From: Akkermansia muciniphila
GTDB taxonomy: Bacteria; Verrucomicrobiota; Verrucomicrobiia; Opitutales; Opitutaceae
DNA length: 64,000 nucleotides
Reading direction: 5' to 3'
NCBI GenBank assembly: GCA_945888375.1
Contig: CAMCZZ010000007.1
Coordinates: 689 to 64,688 of the forward strand
The position numbers and the translations under genes are program-made. Shown here piece after piece: positions 1-12,073 of this stretch; the first letter of the stretch is position 1, and every line of letters begins with the position of its first letter. The notes under the pieces are model-generated. The model did no database searches, had not been told where the DNA came from, and saw only the letters and a list, made by a program, of their open reading frames with translations.

Positions 1-177
1 GCACCTGGCAGTTTGTTCGGCGCACGGCTATGCCTGCGCGCGCACCCAACTGCGTGGCTTGATCCGTCCCTGCGCGGACGGAGTCTTGTAGCCTGATTCT
101 GGCCTCGTGCCTCGGACGCCTATGCGCGTCGGTCGCGGCCATTTTGCCCACCCGTGTTCGTCTTTCCCAAACTCACT

Positions 178-1470
178 ATGTCCCTGTTTATCCGCTTATA
201 CCGGCCCTGCCCATCACTCGGCTTGGCCCTTATCCTCACTGCCGTGGGGGTGTCCGCCCAAGAGGCTGCACCGCCACTCCTCTCGCTGAGTGCCGCGCTG
301 CAACGCGCCGCCGAACAAAACCCCGGTCTTGCCGCACAAGGCTATTCCGAACGCGCCGCCGAGGCTTTGATCGAACAAGCCGGCTTCCGTCCAAATCCGA
401 CCTTGGACGTTTCGCTGGAAAACTTCGCCGGCACCGGCGCGTTTCGGGCTTTGGATGGCGTCGAAACCACCGTGGGTGCCAGCCAAGTCATCGAACGCGG
501 GGGGAAACGCGCCAAACGAGTTGCCCTCGCCGGTCGTGAACGCGAGGCCACCGCCAAGGAGTTCGCGGTGCATCGCGCGGAAATCCTCGCTGCCTCCGCC
601 GCCGCCTACATCGACGTGCTCGTCGCCCAGCAACGCCTCGCGCTCGCCGGCGAGCCCTTGAAGCTGGCGCGCGAAACGGTCGCTGCTGTTGACACCCGTG
701 TGAAGGCCGCCGTGGCCTCCCCGGCCGAAGCCGCCCGTTCCCGCGCCGCGCTCGCGTCCTCTCAGGCGGACTACGCGCGCGCCGAGGCCGGTTTGGTCAA
801 TGCCCGCGCCGCGCTCGCCGCGACGTGGGGTGGCAGCACCGCCGACGTTTCGACCGTCGCGGGCACGCTACAAATCCCGTCCGAGTTGCCTTCTGAAGAC
901 GCGTTCCTCGCCAAGCTCGCCGCGCATCCGCGCTTTGAGCTCCAGCAAGCGGTCATCGCCGGTCGTCGCGCCTCGCTTGAATTGGCGCGTTCTCAGGCCA
1001 CGCAGGATGTTACCGTAAGCGGTGGCGTGCGCTTTCTCCGCGAGGGCAGCGATGCCGCGTTTGTCGCGGGCGTTTCCGTGCCGATTCCGTTTCGTAATAA
1101 AAACCAAGGCAACATCCGCGCCGCTCGCGAAATGTTGGCCGGCGCAGAACAGTCCGTTCGCACCGTAGAGGTAGAGTTGCGCGTCGCGTTCACCGCCGCG
1201 TGGCAGGATCTCGCCGCCGCGCACGCCGCCGCGCTAAATCTCCGTCGCGAGGCGTTGCCCGCGACGGAGGAAGCCTACGCCGCCGTGCGCTCCGCTTACG
1301 AGCAGGGCCAGCTTCCGCTAATCGACGTGCTCGACGCCCAGCGCTCTCTCGTCGCGCTACGTCGCGAATTACTCGACGCCGAGGCCGCCTATGCCGCCGC
1401 CCTGGCCCGCGCGGAGGCGCTCACCGATCCGTCTTTCACCGCGCTCACCGCGCTTATCACCCGTTCCTAA
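178..1470 (+). CDS. czcC: Outer-membrane efflux factor, TolC/CzcC family
   Basis: Signal-peptide-like N-terminus (MSLFIRLYRPCPSLGLALILTAVGVSAQE). Alanine-rich two-repeat coiled composition typical of OMF proteins. First gene of a C-B-A heavy-metal RND operon. ATG at 178 preferred over the GTG at 154. Confidence 0.8.
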   Translation: MSLFIRLYRPCPSLGLALILTAVGVSAQEAAPPLLSLSAALQRAAEQNPGLAAQGYSERAAEALIEQAGFRPNPTLDVSLENFAGTGAFRALDGVETTVGASQVIERGGKRAKRVALAGREREATAKEFAVHRAEILAASAAAYIDVLVAQQRLALAGEPLKLARETVAAVDTRVKAAVASPAEAARSRAALASSQADYARAEAGLVNARAALAATWGGSTADVSTVAGTLQIPSELPSEDAFLAKLAAHPRFELQQAVIAGRRASLELARSQATQDVTVSGGVRFLREGSDAAFVAGVSVPIPFRNKNQGNIRAAREMLAGAEQSVRTVEVELRVAFTAAWQDLAAAHAAALNLRREALPATEEAYAAVRSAYEQGQLPLIDVLDAQRSLVALRRELLDAEAAYAAALARAEALTDPSFTALTALITRS

Positions 1471-1493
1471 TCTTTTTAACCACGCCTCATTTT

Positions 1494-2789
1494 ATGAAAT
1501 TCAAACTTCCTCTCACTATCCTCGCGGTCCTCGCCCTCGGCGGTGGCCTTGCCTATTATCTTATCAAAAGCGGTGACAGCCATGCTGAAACCGCCGGTGG
1601 TCACGATGACCACGCCGGAGAAGCCCCCGGTGCCCACGGGGGCGAAGAAGGCGAAGAAGGCAAAAAAGGCCCTCATGGCGGACGCCTCCTCGAAGACGGC
1701 GATTTCGCCGTCGAACTCGCCATCGCCGAAGAAGGTATCCCGCCCGAGTTCCGCGCCTGGTTCACACAAGGTGGCAAAACCGTCGTTAACTCTGCGGTGA
1801 AACTTACCGTCGTGCTCAAGCGCCCAGGCAATGTCACCGACACCTACACGTTTACTCCCGAAGGCGATTACCTGCGCGGAAATGCCGAGGTCTATGAGCC
1901 GCACTCCTTCGCCTACACCGTCGTCGCCGAGCACGCCGGTCGCACTCACCGCTGGGAATTCGACGCGCCCGAGATGCAAGTGACGATCACCGCCGATGCC
2001 GCCACGCGCGCCGGAGTCGTCGCCGAGGTCTCCGGCCCCGCCACCTTGGATGAAACGCTCTCCGTTTACGGCCAGGTGAAGCTCAACGCCAACCAAGTCG
2101 CCCGCGCCGTGCCGCGTTTCGGCGGTATCATCCGCGAGGCTCGCAAGGCCCTCGGCGATTCCGTGAAGGCCGGCGAAGTCGTCGCCATTCTCGAAACGAA
2201 CCAGTCGCTCGCCACCATCGAAGTGAAATCGCCCATCGCGGGCATCATCGTGGAGCGTGACGTGAACGCCGGGGAAACCGTCACTGATGGAGCTGTGCTT
2301 TACACCATCGCCGACCTCTCCGACGTGTGGGTCGATCTAAACGTCCCGAAGCGTGACCAAGCCCGTGTGAAGGTCGGCCAGTCCGCCGTCATTCATGCGG
2401 ATGACAGCGGCACCGATGCCACCGGCACCGTCTCATGGATTTCGCCGATCAGCTCCGCCGAGGCGCAAACCCTCGTCGCCCGCGTCGTCCTCCCCAACGC
2501 CGATCAACGCTGGCGTCCGGGCCTCTTTGTGAAGGCCAAAATCACCCTCGCGCAGGAAACCGTCCCCGTCGCCGTGAAGGAGTCCGCTATTCAGACGCTG
2601 TTCGATTTCACTGTGGTGTTCTCGCAGCACGACGAACTCTACCAAGCGCGTCCGCTTGAACTCGGCCGCCGTGGCGGTGGCTTCGTCGAAGTGCTCAAGG
2701 GACTCAATCCCGGCGAGCGCTACGTCACCGAAAACAGCTTCCTCATCAAGGCCGACATCGGGAAGTCCGGTGCCTCGCACGATCATTGA
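1494..2789 (+). CDS. czcB: RND efflux membrane-fusion (periplasmic adaptor) protein, CzcB/HlyD family, with an extra His/Glu-rich N-terminal domain
   Basis: ATG at 1494 is in frame with the 1200..2789 ORF and gives an N-terminal membrane anchor (MKFKLPLTILAVLALGGGLAYYL). Barrel-sandwich/lipoyl-like motifs are present (VKAGEVVAILE, PIAGIIVERDVNAGETV). Lies between the OMF and RND pump genes. Confidence 0.85.
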   Translation: MKFKLPLTILAVLALGGGLAYYLIKSGDSHAETAGGHDDHAGEAPGAHGGEEGEEGKKGPHGGRLLEDGDFAVELAIAEEGIPPEFRAWFTQGGKTVVNSAVKLTVVLKRPGNVTDTYTFTPEGDYLRGNAEVYEPHSFAYTVVAEHAGRTHRWEFDAPEMQVTITADAATRAGVVAEVSGPATLDETLSVYGQVKLNANQVARAVPRFGGIIREARKALGDSVKAGEVVAILETNQSLATIEVKSPIAGIIVERDVNAGETVTDGAVLYTIADLSDVWVDLNVPKRDQARVKVGQSAVIHADDSGTDATGTVSWISPISSAEAQTLVARVVLPNADQRWRPGLFVKAKITLAQETVPVAVKESAIQTLFDFTVVFSQHDELYQARPLELGRRGGGFVEVLKGLNPGERYVTENSFLIKADIGKSGASHDH

Positions 2790-2820
2790 TCCGTCACCCA
2801 ACCACCAAGGAGACCACATC

Positions 2821-3162
2821 ATGAAAGAAATCACCGCCATCATCCAGCCGCACACCTTGTCGCGCGTCATGCACGCGCTGCACGCGTTGCCACACTTCCC
2901 CGGCGTCACCCTGCTCGATGCCCACGGCCAAGGCCGCGGTCGCGGCACGGGTGGGGCCTTCCGCCCCACCGAGGATAACTTCACCTTCCACAAAAAAGCC
3001 GTGCTTCTCGTCACCTGCGCTGCCGAGCAAGCCGACTCCATCGTCGCCGCCATCGTGCAATCCGCCCGCACCGGCAACAAAGGCGACGGCGTCGTCACCA
3101 TCAAAGACGTTTCCAGCGTCATCCGCATCCGCAGCGGCGAAACCGCCCGCGAAGCCCTCTAA
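2821..3162 (+). CDS. P-II (GlnB-like) family small signalling protein embedded in the czc operon
   Basis: ATG at 2821 is preceded by AAGGAG. The 113 aa product (MKEITAIIQPHTLSRVMHAL...GDGVVTIKDVSSVIRIRSGE) matches the P-II fold pattern (beta-alpha-beta repeats, GDGKIF-like motif, RIRTGE-like C-terminus). Confidence 0.7.
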   Translation: MKEITAIIQPHTLSRVMHALHALPHFPGVTLLDAHGQGRGRGTGGAFRPTEDNFTFHKKAVLLVTCAAEQADSIVAAIVQSARTGNKGDGVVTIKDVSSVIRIRSGETAREAL

Positions 3163-6378
<3,216 letters not shown>

Positions 6379-6393
6379 GTTCTTCGTCTGCCC

Positions 6394-6981
6394 ATGGACA
6401 GCACGGAATCTGATTTCTGGGAGCAACGCTACCTAAGCGGTCGCACCCCTTGGGATTTCCAAGGGGTGCCACCGCCGCTGCTGGACTACCTGCGCAAAGC
6501 TTCCGGAGCGGGTTCCGTGCTCATCCCCGGCTGCGGCTCCGGCTACGAGGTGAAAGCGTTTCACGAATGCGGCTGGCGTCCGCTGGCCATTGATTTTTCC
6601 CCGGCCGCCGTGCGACGTGCGCGCGAGGTGCTGGGGCTGCTGGCTCCTGCCGTGCGGCAGGCCGATTTTTTCGCCGGCTCCTTGGATTGTCCTTATGATC
6701 TGATCTATGAACGCACGTTCCTCTGCTCGCTCCCACCCGAACGATGGCCCGACTACGCCACGCGCATCGCGCAGTTGCTCCGCCCTGGCGGCGCACTGAC
6801 CGGCATTTTCTATTACGGCACCGATCCCGAAGGCCCGCCGTTTCCAATCCGCGAAGACGAGGCACGCGCCCTGTTCGAAGCGTTTGAACTGATCGAGGAT
6901 TATGCCATTCCCGCCGATCAATCACTACCCCTCTTCGCAGGGCATGAGCGCTGGCAAACCTGGCGGCTAACTCCGCGCTAG
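6394..6981 (+). CDS. SAM-dependent methyltransferase, thiopurine/halide-thiol S-methyltransferase (TPMT) family
   Basis: FWEQRYLSGRTPWDF N-terminal motif, SAM motif I (VLIPGCGSGYEV), YDLIYERTFLCSLPPERW, LLRPGGAL. Confidence 0.7.
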   Translation: MDSTESDFWEQRYLSGRTPWDFQGVPPPLLDYLRKASGAGSVLIPGCGSGYEVKAFHECGWRPLAIDFSPAAVRRAREVLGLLAPAVRQADFFAGSLDCPYDLIYERTFLCSLPPERWPDYATRIAQLLRPGGALTGIFYYGTDPEGPPFPIREDEARALFEAFELIEDYAIPADQSLPLFAGHERWQTWRLTPR

Positions 6982-7081
6982 TTCCGCAATCCATCGCCCC
7001 CCCACGAGCATGATCCACAAAACCAGTTTCCGCCGATGGTTGGGCCGGGTCTGCTCAAGCCACGGCAGCACGGGCTCCATT

Positions 7082-7366
7082 TCAGTCCACGTAGCGCTTC
7101 AACATCTGCGCAACCTCTCGTAACTGGCGTTTGCCCTGTTCGGACGAGGCCGGGGCCGTCAGGCAATGCTCCAAGTGTTCGTGAATGATCTTTTCGGCCA
7201 GCGATTTTATTGCCCGGCGTGCGGAAACCAACTGGTTCAGCACCTCGGCGCACTCGTAGTCTCCCTCGATCATGGTCTCGATGCCCTTGAGTTGGCCGGC
7301 CACTTTCCTGAGCCGTAGCTGAAGCGCGCGCCGGTCGGCCTCGGGGTGTTCGGAAAAATGGGACAT
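7082..7366 (-). CDS. CsoR/RcnR-family metal-sensing transcriptional repressor (H-C-H-C type, InrS-like fingerprint)
   Basis: 94 aa. LRKVAGQLKGIETMIEGDYECAEVLNQL...HEHLEHC is the family signature. Candidate ligands by hand count are His3/His7, Cys39, His64 and Cys68. Divergent from the rcnA-like gene. Confidence 0.85.
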   Translation of the reverse strand: MSHFSEHPEADRRALQLRLRKVAGQLKGIETMIEGDYECAEVLNQLVSARRAIKSLAEKIIHEHLEHCLTAPASSEQGKRQLREVAQMLKRYVD

Positions 7367-7425
7367 ATCCTAGCCCTATGCACGAACGGCTCGGGTTCAA
7401 CTGCTAGTTTTATCCTTGCTTCTTG

Positions 7426-7443
7426 TATGGGGGTAGGGGGTAT
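7426..7443. promoter_or_regulatory. Candidate repressor operator: tandem G-tracts flanked by TA (TATGGGGGTAGGGGGTAT)
   Basis: Lies in the 86-nt divergent intergenic region, 10 nt upstream of the exporter ATG. RcnR-type operators are G-tracts flanked by short AT-rich inverted repeats. Confidence 0.4.
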
Positions 7444-7452
7444 GGTCCTATA

Positions 7453-8655
7453 ATGGAAATCAACCAGTTGATTCAACAAGGCTCCGCCCATGCGTGGCTC
7501 TACATCCCCACGGCGGTGCTCATCGGCGCGTTGCACGGCATGGAGCCCGGCCATTCGAAAACGATGATGGCCGCCTTCATCATCGCGGTGCGCGGCACCG
7601 TCTGGCAGGCAGTCTTGCTGGGGCTCTCGGCGGCCCTCTCCCACTCGCTGGTCATCTGGATACTGGCCGCAGTCGCGCTGCACTATGGCTCGTCCTGGAA
7701 TGCCGAGACCACCGAGCCCTACTTCCAGGTCGCCTCCGGCATCATCATCATCGCCCTCGCGCTTTGGATGTTCTGGCGCACCCGGCGCGATAACAAAGCC
7801 GCCGCCGCACATGGCCACGACGACGAGGGGCCACATGGCGGCAAGCTAATCGACACCGGTCACGGTCTGGTCGAAGTGTCCGTTTTTGAAACCGGCGTGC
7901 CGCCGCGTTTCCGGCTCTATTTTTTCAAGGAAAAGGGGGTCGCAATGAAGCCATATCCCTCGGGCAGCGTGACAATCGCGACGATCCGGCCGGAGGGCGC
8001 GAACCAGACCTTCACCTTCAAAGCCGAGGACGGTTACCTGGAAGCGCAAGATGAGCTTCCTGAGCCGCATGAGTTCAAGGCTACGCTTCTGCTGGCGCAC
8101 GGCGACCACTCGCACACCTACGCATTCCAGTTCAGCGAGAGCGACCACCACCACGGCCATGCCCACGGGCATACGCATGAGGGTGCGGATGCTCACGAGC
8201 ACGCGCACGACAATTCCCATGGCCACGATCATGCGCACGGCTCCGAGGCCAAGGGGTTGGACGTATCCGACGGCGATTTTCAGGACGCGCACGAGCGCGC
8301 TCATGCGAGCGACATCGCGAAGCGTTTTGCGAACCGCACCGTCACCACGCCGCAGATTATTCTTTTCGGCCTCACGGGTGGCCTGCTGCCCTGCCCGGCG
8401 GCGTTCACTATTCTGCTGGTGTGCCTACAAGTGAAGCAGGTCACGCTCGGGTTTGTGCTCGTGCTGTGTTTTAGCCTCGGTCTGGCCCTGACCTTGGTCG
8501 CCACCGGAGCGGCGGCGGCCTGGGGTGTGCGCCACGCCTCGAAACGTATCAAAGGCTTCGGCGAGTTCGCGCGTAAGGCCCCGTATTTCTCCAGCGCCTT
8601 GCTGGTGTTGATGGGGGCCTACATCGCGATTCAAGGATGGCGTCACCTGAGCTGA
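7453..8655 (+). CDS. rcnA: Nickel/cobalt efflux permease, RcnA/NiCoT-like, with a large inserted loop domain and His-rich tract
   Basis: MEINQLIQQGSAHAWLYIPTAVLIGALHGMEPGHSKTMMAAFI matches the RcnA N-terminus and HxxxxD/GHSKT signature. His-rich loop (HHHGHAHGHTHEGADAHEHAHDNSHGHDHAHG). C-terminal GLLPCPAA motif. ATG at 7453 preferred over the TTG at 7423. Confidence 0.88.
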   Translation: MEINQLIQQGSAHAWLYIPTAVLIGALHGMEPGHSKTMMAAFIIAVRGTVWQAVLLGLSAALSHSLVIWILAAVALHYGSSWNAETTEPYFQVASGIIIIALALWMFWRTRRDNKAAAAHGHDDEGPHGGKLIDTGHGLVEVSVFETGVPPRFRLYFFKEKGVAMKPYPSGSVTIATIRPEGANQTFTFKAEDGYLEAQDELPEPHEFKATLLLAHGDHSHTYAFQFSESDHHHGHAHGHTHEGADAHEHAHDNSHGHDHAHGSEAKGLDVSDGDFQDAHERAHASDIAKRFANRTVTTPQIILFGLTGGLLPCPAAFTILLVCLQVKQVTLGFVLVLCFSLGLALTLVATGAAAAWGVRHASKRIKGFGEFARKAPYFSSALLVLMGAYIAIQGWRHLS

Positions 8656-8747
8656 CCCCAGCGGAGCGTTAAAACTAACAAAAAACGGCCAGCCCCCCTT
8701 TGTGCTGCCTAAGGCAGTTGCGGGTTACATGTCACGGGCTCTAATCA

Positions 8748-11534
8748 TCAACCGTTATTACGCTTTATAAGACCCGGTATGTCGGCTGGCGAAAACGACA
8801 CGTCCGCCGCCCAGGAGCCGAACCCGCCCTTGTTGTTCACGGCCTGAATCCATTCCCCGAGCGCTTGGCGCTTGGCTTGGTTTTGCTGCGAATCCTCACC
8901 CTTCACCTCAAGGATGAGGTGCTTTCCGGTTTTCAGCCGAATGAGGAAGTCGGGGATGTATTTCCGCTTCGAGCCGTTCCAGAGGTAGAAAACATGGAAA
9001 CCGAGGTGATCATTTTTGGCGTAGGATGATACCAAGTTATTGTGCTCGATCTCGTAGGCTTCGCACGCCTCCCAGGTAGAATCGAAAACGCAATGGCTGA
9101 TGTGGGATTTGATCGTGGGTGCCGCCGCTTTGGTGGTATACCAAGTCATCATGTCACCCGTGGACGCGATGGGGCGGTCGGTGTTAAAGATTGGCTCCAG
9201 TTCGCTCAGGTTTTGTTCCCGCAGGTGCTGGAAGAGGTGCTGCACCGTCTTGTCGATATTGAGCGCGAAGAGCACGCGGCGGCGCAGGTCGTCCTGGTGG
9301 AAGAGATCGGGGATGTGAACCTTGTTGGTTTTCCAGAAGGCTTCGACGAGCTTCACCAACTGGAGAAACAGGAACTCGGGGTTGCTCTTGAACCGGTTCT
9401 TGCCGAATTGCTCAAAGGCTTTGCGCGCGCCGAGAAACAGGAGCCGTTGCAAGCGGAACTGGTTCTCGAAGCGTAGAAGGTCGATTTCGGTCACCTTGCC
9501 GAGGTCGGTTTGGCCGCCGAGCGCCGCCGCCATCTCGGCTGAGATGGGGCTGTTGGCTGGGTCGAGTTCGATGGACGGCACCTTGGCCCAATCAATGGTG
9601 AGCTTCGCCTTGAGCACGGTGTCTATGCGCTCGATGTTCGGCCAAGTAATCTCATAGGCGACGCGATCGGCCATGACTTCGATTTGCGTGGACGGTTTTG
9701 GCGGTGGCGGGGGCGTGCCGCCGTCCTCTACGTCTTGGAAAATCGAGAGCGGCACGCCGAACACGTTCACGTATTCGGGTAAAAACAGGCCGTCCGCGTC
9801 GGTCTCATAGGACACGCGCCGCAAGCCGCGCCCGATTACCTGCTCACAGAGCAACTGCGACGTGAACGCGCGCAGGCCCATGATGTGAGTCACGTTCTTT
9901 GCGTCCCAGCCCTCGGAGAGCATGGCCACCGAGATGACGTTTTGCAGGCCTTGGCCGGCGCGGCCGACCTTGCCTACCGTGTCCACGATTTCGCGGAGTA
10001 ATTCCTCCTTTTTGCGCTCGTTGAGTTCTTCCTGTTTCTGCTCGGGCAAGCCCGAGGTGCGGACGATCTCGGCCAGCCGCTCCTCGTAGTCTTTGTCGGT
10101 CGTGGCCTTCTCGCCGACCTCGGCTTTTTCCAACACCTTGGAATCCACCCGTAGCGTGCGACCGGGAGCGCGGGTGCCCTCGATCAAGCAATCGCCTTGG
10201 TTGAAAAATCGCTCCACGCGAGCGGCGGTCTCTGTGCGATTGCAGACCGTGAGCATGACGGGCGGACTCAGGTGCCCGGCTTTTTTCCAACTCTGGGCGG
10301 CCTCCAGCCAATCTGCCGCGAGCAGTGTATAACCTTTCTGCACGAGATCAGGCAATGGCTCCTCCGGCTCGGCCTTCCGGTTCAAATCTTCGCTTACCTC
10401 GGGGTTGTTGTAGATGTGATAGAGTTTGGAGCGATAGGTCTTGGCGTCGGCCAAGGCGCTGTCGCGCACGACGACGCGGGGCGTCTTTACCAAGCCCCCC
10501 TCGATTGCGTCGTTGAGGCCAAAGTCGGAAATGATCCAGTCGAACAAACCTTGCTCGCTATTGCGCTTGCCGGTGGGCGCGAAGGGAGTGGCCGAGAGGT
10601 CGAAACAACGCTGGATGCGGCGCGTTTTGTGGATGCGGTCTAGGCCTTCGATCCAGCGCGTGGCCTCCTCCAGATTTACGCCGTCTTCCTCGGCCTGCTT
10701 GCGGCTTATCTTGATGTCGGCCGGCACGCGGTAAGCGTGGTGGGCTTCGTCGTTGATGATGATGATGTCCTTGCGAGTGGCGAGCGGGCCGAGCACGCGG
10801 ATGGTAAAGGCCTCATCGCTCTCGGGCCCTTTTTTGACCACGGAGCGCTCCGGCTCCTCCTGCGGCATGAGTGTGTGCCAGTTTTCGATGATGATCTCGG
10901 CCTGATTGAGCCGCTGGCGCAGGCTCTCATTGGGGCAGATGTTAAACTGGTCGTAGTAGTTCTCCGGGTGGCCGGGTTTCAGCACTTGCAAGCGCTCGCG
11001 CACCGTGAGGCCGGGGGCGACCATGAACACGGCGGACGAAAAATCCTTCCGCTTCGGGTAAGTGAGCGCGTTGAGCGACTGCCACGCCACGATCATGGCC
11101 ATGACGGCGGTCTTGCCGGTGCCGGTGGCCATTTTGTTGCACAAGCGCTCCCATGCGCCGCCGTCGCCCGGTAGTTGGACGCCCTGCTTAAAATCAGCCG
11201 GGGCCTCGATCCACCACATGAGCGATTCGATGGCTTCGAGTTGGCAGAAATAGAACGGGTGCGTGCGCGCCGTGCGGTCATGCCAATGCTCTATCAGCGA
11301 GCGGCTGACGCTGGTGAGACCGGGCCGCCCGGCCTGCTGCCAGGCTTCGAGGCGGGTGCGGATTTCGTTTACGCGGTCGAGCGTGACGGTGCGCTTGGTG
11401 TGGCTGCGCGGATCGAAGATTTCGTAGCCCGCCGGACGGCGCTCCTCTTTAAGCGCGAGCGGCGTGTTGGGGCGTGGCTCCACCCAATGACGACCGGGGC
11501 GCGCATAGGGGGAGTTGATGATGAGGGATTTCAT
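8748..11534 (-). CDS. res: Type III restriction enzyme Res subunit (SF2 DEAH helicase plus C-terminal PD-(D/E)xK nuclease)
   Basis: Walker A region KMATGTGKTAVMA, DEAH box (IIINDEAHHAY), helicase motif VI-like QVIGRGLRR, C-terminal nuclease-like YIPDFLIRL...LILEVKGED. Its start overlaps the stop of the upstream gene (ATGA). Confidence 0.85.
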   Translation of the reverse strand: MKSLIINSPYARPGRHWVEPRPNTPLALKEERRPAGYEIFDPRSHTKRTVTLDRVNEIRTRLEAWQQAGRPGLTSVSRSLIEHWHDRTARTHPFYFCQLEAIESLMWWIEAPADFKQGVQLPGDGGAWERLCNKMATGTGKTAVMAMIVAWQSLNALTYPKRKDFSSAVFMVAPGLTVRERLQVLKPGHPENYYDQFNICPNESLRQRLNQAEIIIENWHTLMPQEEPERSVVKKGPESDEAFTIRVLGPLATRKDIIIINDEAHHAYRVPADIKISRKQAEEDGVNLEEATRWIEGLDRIHKTRRIQRCFDLSATPFAPTGKRNSEQGLFDWIISDFGLNDAIEGGLVKTPRVVVRDSALADAKTYRSKLYHIYNNPEVSEDLNRKAEPEEPLPDLVQKGYTLLAADWLEAAQSWKKAGHLSPPVMLTVCNRTETAARVERFFNQGDCLIEGTRAPGRTLRVDSKVLEKAEVGEKATTDKDYEERLAEIVRTSGLPEQKQEELNERKKEELLREIVDTVGKVGRAGQGLQNVISVAMLSEGWDAKNVTHIMGLRAFTSQLLCEQVIGRGLRRVSYETDADGLFLPEYVNVFGVPLSIFQDVEDGGTPPPPPKPSTQIEVMADRVAYEITWPNIERIDTVLKAKLTIDWAKVPSIELDPANSPISAEMAAALGGQTDLGKVTEIDLLRFENQFRLQRLLFLGARKAFEQFGKNRFKSNPEFLFLQLVKLVEAFWKTNKVHIPDLFHQDDLRRRVLFALNIDKTVQHLFQHLREQNLSELEPIFNTDRPIASTGDMMTWYTTKAAAPTIKSHISHCVFDSTWEACEAYEIEHNNLVSSYAKNDHLGFHVFYLWNGSKRKYIPDFLIRLKTGKHLILEVKGEDSQQNQAKRQALGEWIQAVNNKGGFGSWAADVSFSPADIPGLIKRNNG

Positions 11535-12073
11535 GCGGCGGGCGCTGTAGCGGGCGGAGGTTCAGGCGTTGCTACTGCGTTGACTGCGGCTAGCGCTTCA
11601 CGTGAGGAGTAAATCTCGATTGCCCCAGCGCCGTGCCGTCGAGCGCATTTCCTCAATTCACCTCGTTGATTGTTTAAATGGCGCGGGTTGTTCGATGCCA
11701 GATGGCAGCCTTTCGCTGCCGCCACATATACAAATACTTGGTCGGAGCGCTCTCCGCCACGGACGTTACCTGAAATACAGTTTCCTAGCCCATCACCGAG
11801 ATTAACCTCAACTTGCTGACCCGCCTCTAGGGCCCTAGTGAGGATCCATTTAAGGTAGATAAGCTCATTACCAGTTTGATCGCTTCGAGCTATTTCGGGG
11901 CTAAGCTGGTGTTTGTATTCTCCCCAGATGCGCCCACCGGCATCCATACCGATTTCGATTTTGTTACGAGTCCAAGAGGATACCAGGAGGGTTATGTGAC
12001 CATCGCCGTTCCACTCAGGACTCGTGTTAAACATGTGCTTGAGAATATTGGTATCGATTACCCAAGTGTTCAT
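11531..12073 (-). CDS. Hypothetical protein, PIN-like predicted nuclease
   Basis: 180 aa. N-terminal VIDTNIL (Asp7), mid acidic residues (Glu40/Asp44), and SDQVFVYVAAAKGCHLASNN resembling the third and fourth PIN motifs, with Asn in place of the last Asp. ATGA overlaps with both neighbours. GC is lower than in flanking DNA. Confidence 0.45.
   Translation of the reverse strand: MNTWVIDTNILKHMFNTSPEWNGDGHITLLVSSWTRNKIEIGMDAGGRIWGEYKHQLSPEIARSDQTGNELIYLKWILTRALEAGQQVEVNLGDGLGNCISGNVRGGERSDQVFVYVAAAKGCHLASNNPRHLNNQRGELRKCARRHGAGAIEIYSSREALAAVNAVATPEPPPATAPAA

Noticed and set aside
63-82. Hairpin TCCGTCC-CTGCGC-GGACGGA upstream of czcC as a terminator
   Set aside because: The stem is only 7 bp with no convincing T-tract, and there is no upstream gene in the window to terminate.
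1200-1493. 5' extensions of track ORFs: czcB 1200..1493, P-II 2656..2820, nuoB 32462..32545, nuoD 33380..33778, nuoF 35578..35688, ftsA 50916..51125, terL 21984..22040
   Set aside because: The extensions overlap the preceding genes and translate to Arg/Pro-rich junk. Internal starts give N-termini matching the protein families.
7449-7454. Perfect TATAAT as the -10 box for rcnA
   Set aside because: It overlaps the ATG (7453) whose product aligns with the RcnA N-terminus. It therefore cannot be the -10 box for this start.
8140-8260. His/Asp/Gly-rich repetitive coding stretch in rcnA as a DNA repeat element
   Set aside because: It is the expected histidine-rich metal-binding loop of RcnA-type exporters, not a mobile or regulatory repeat.
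8656-8747. Search for an att direct repeat of the tRNA-Ser 3' end at candidate left island borders (8656..8747 and 16406..16534)
   Set aside because: By eye there is no match longer than ~6 nt to TGGCGGAGAGGGAGGGATTCGAACCC. The border is left unresolved rather than guessed.
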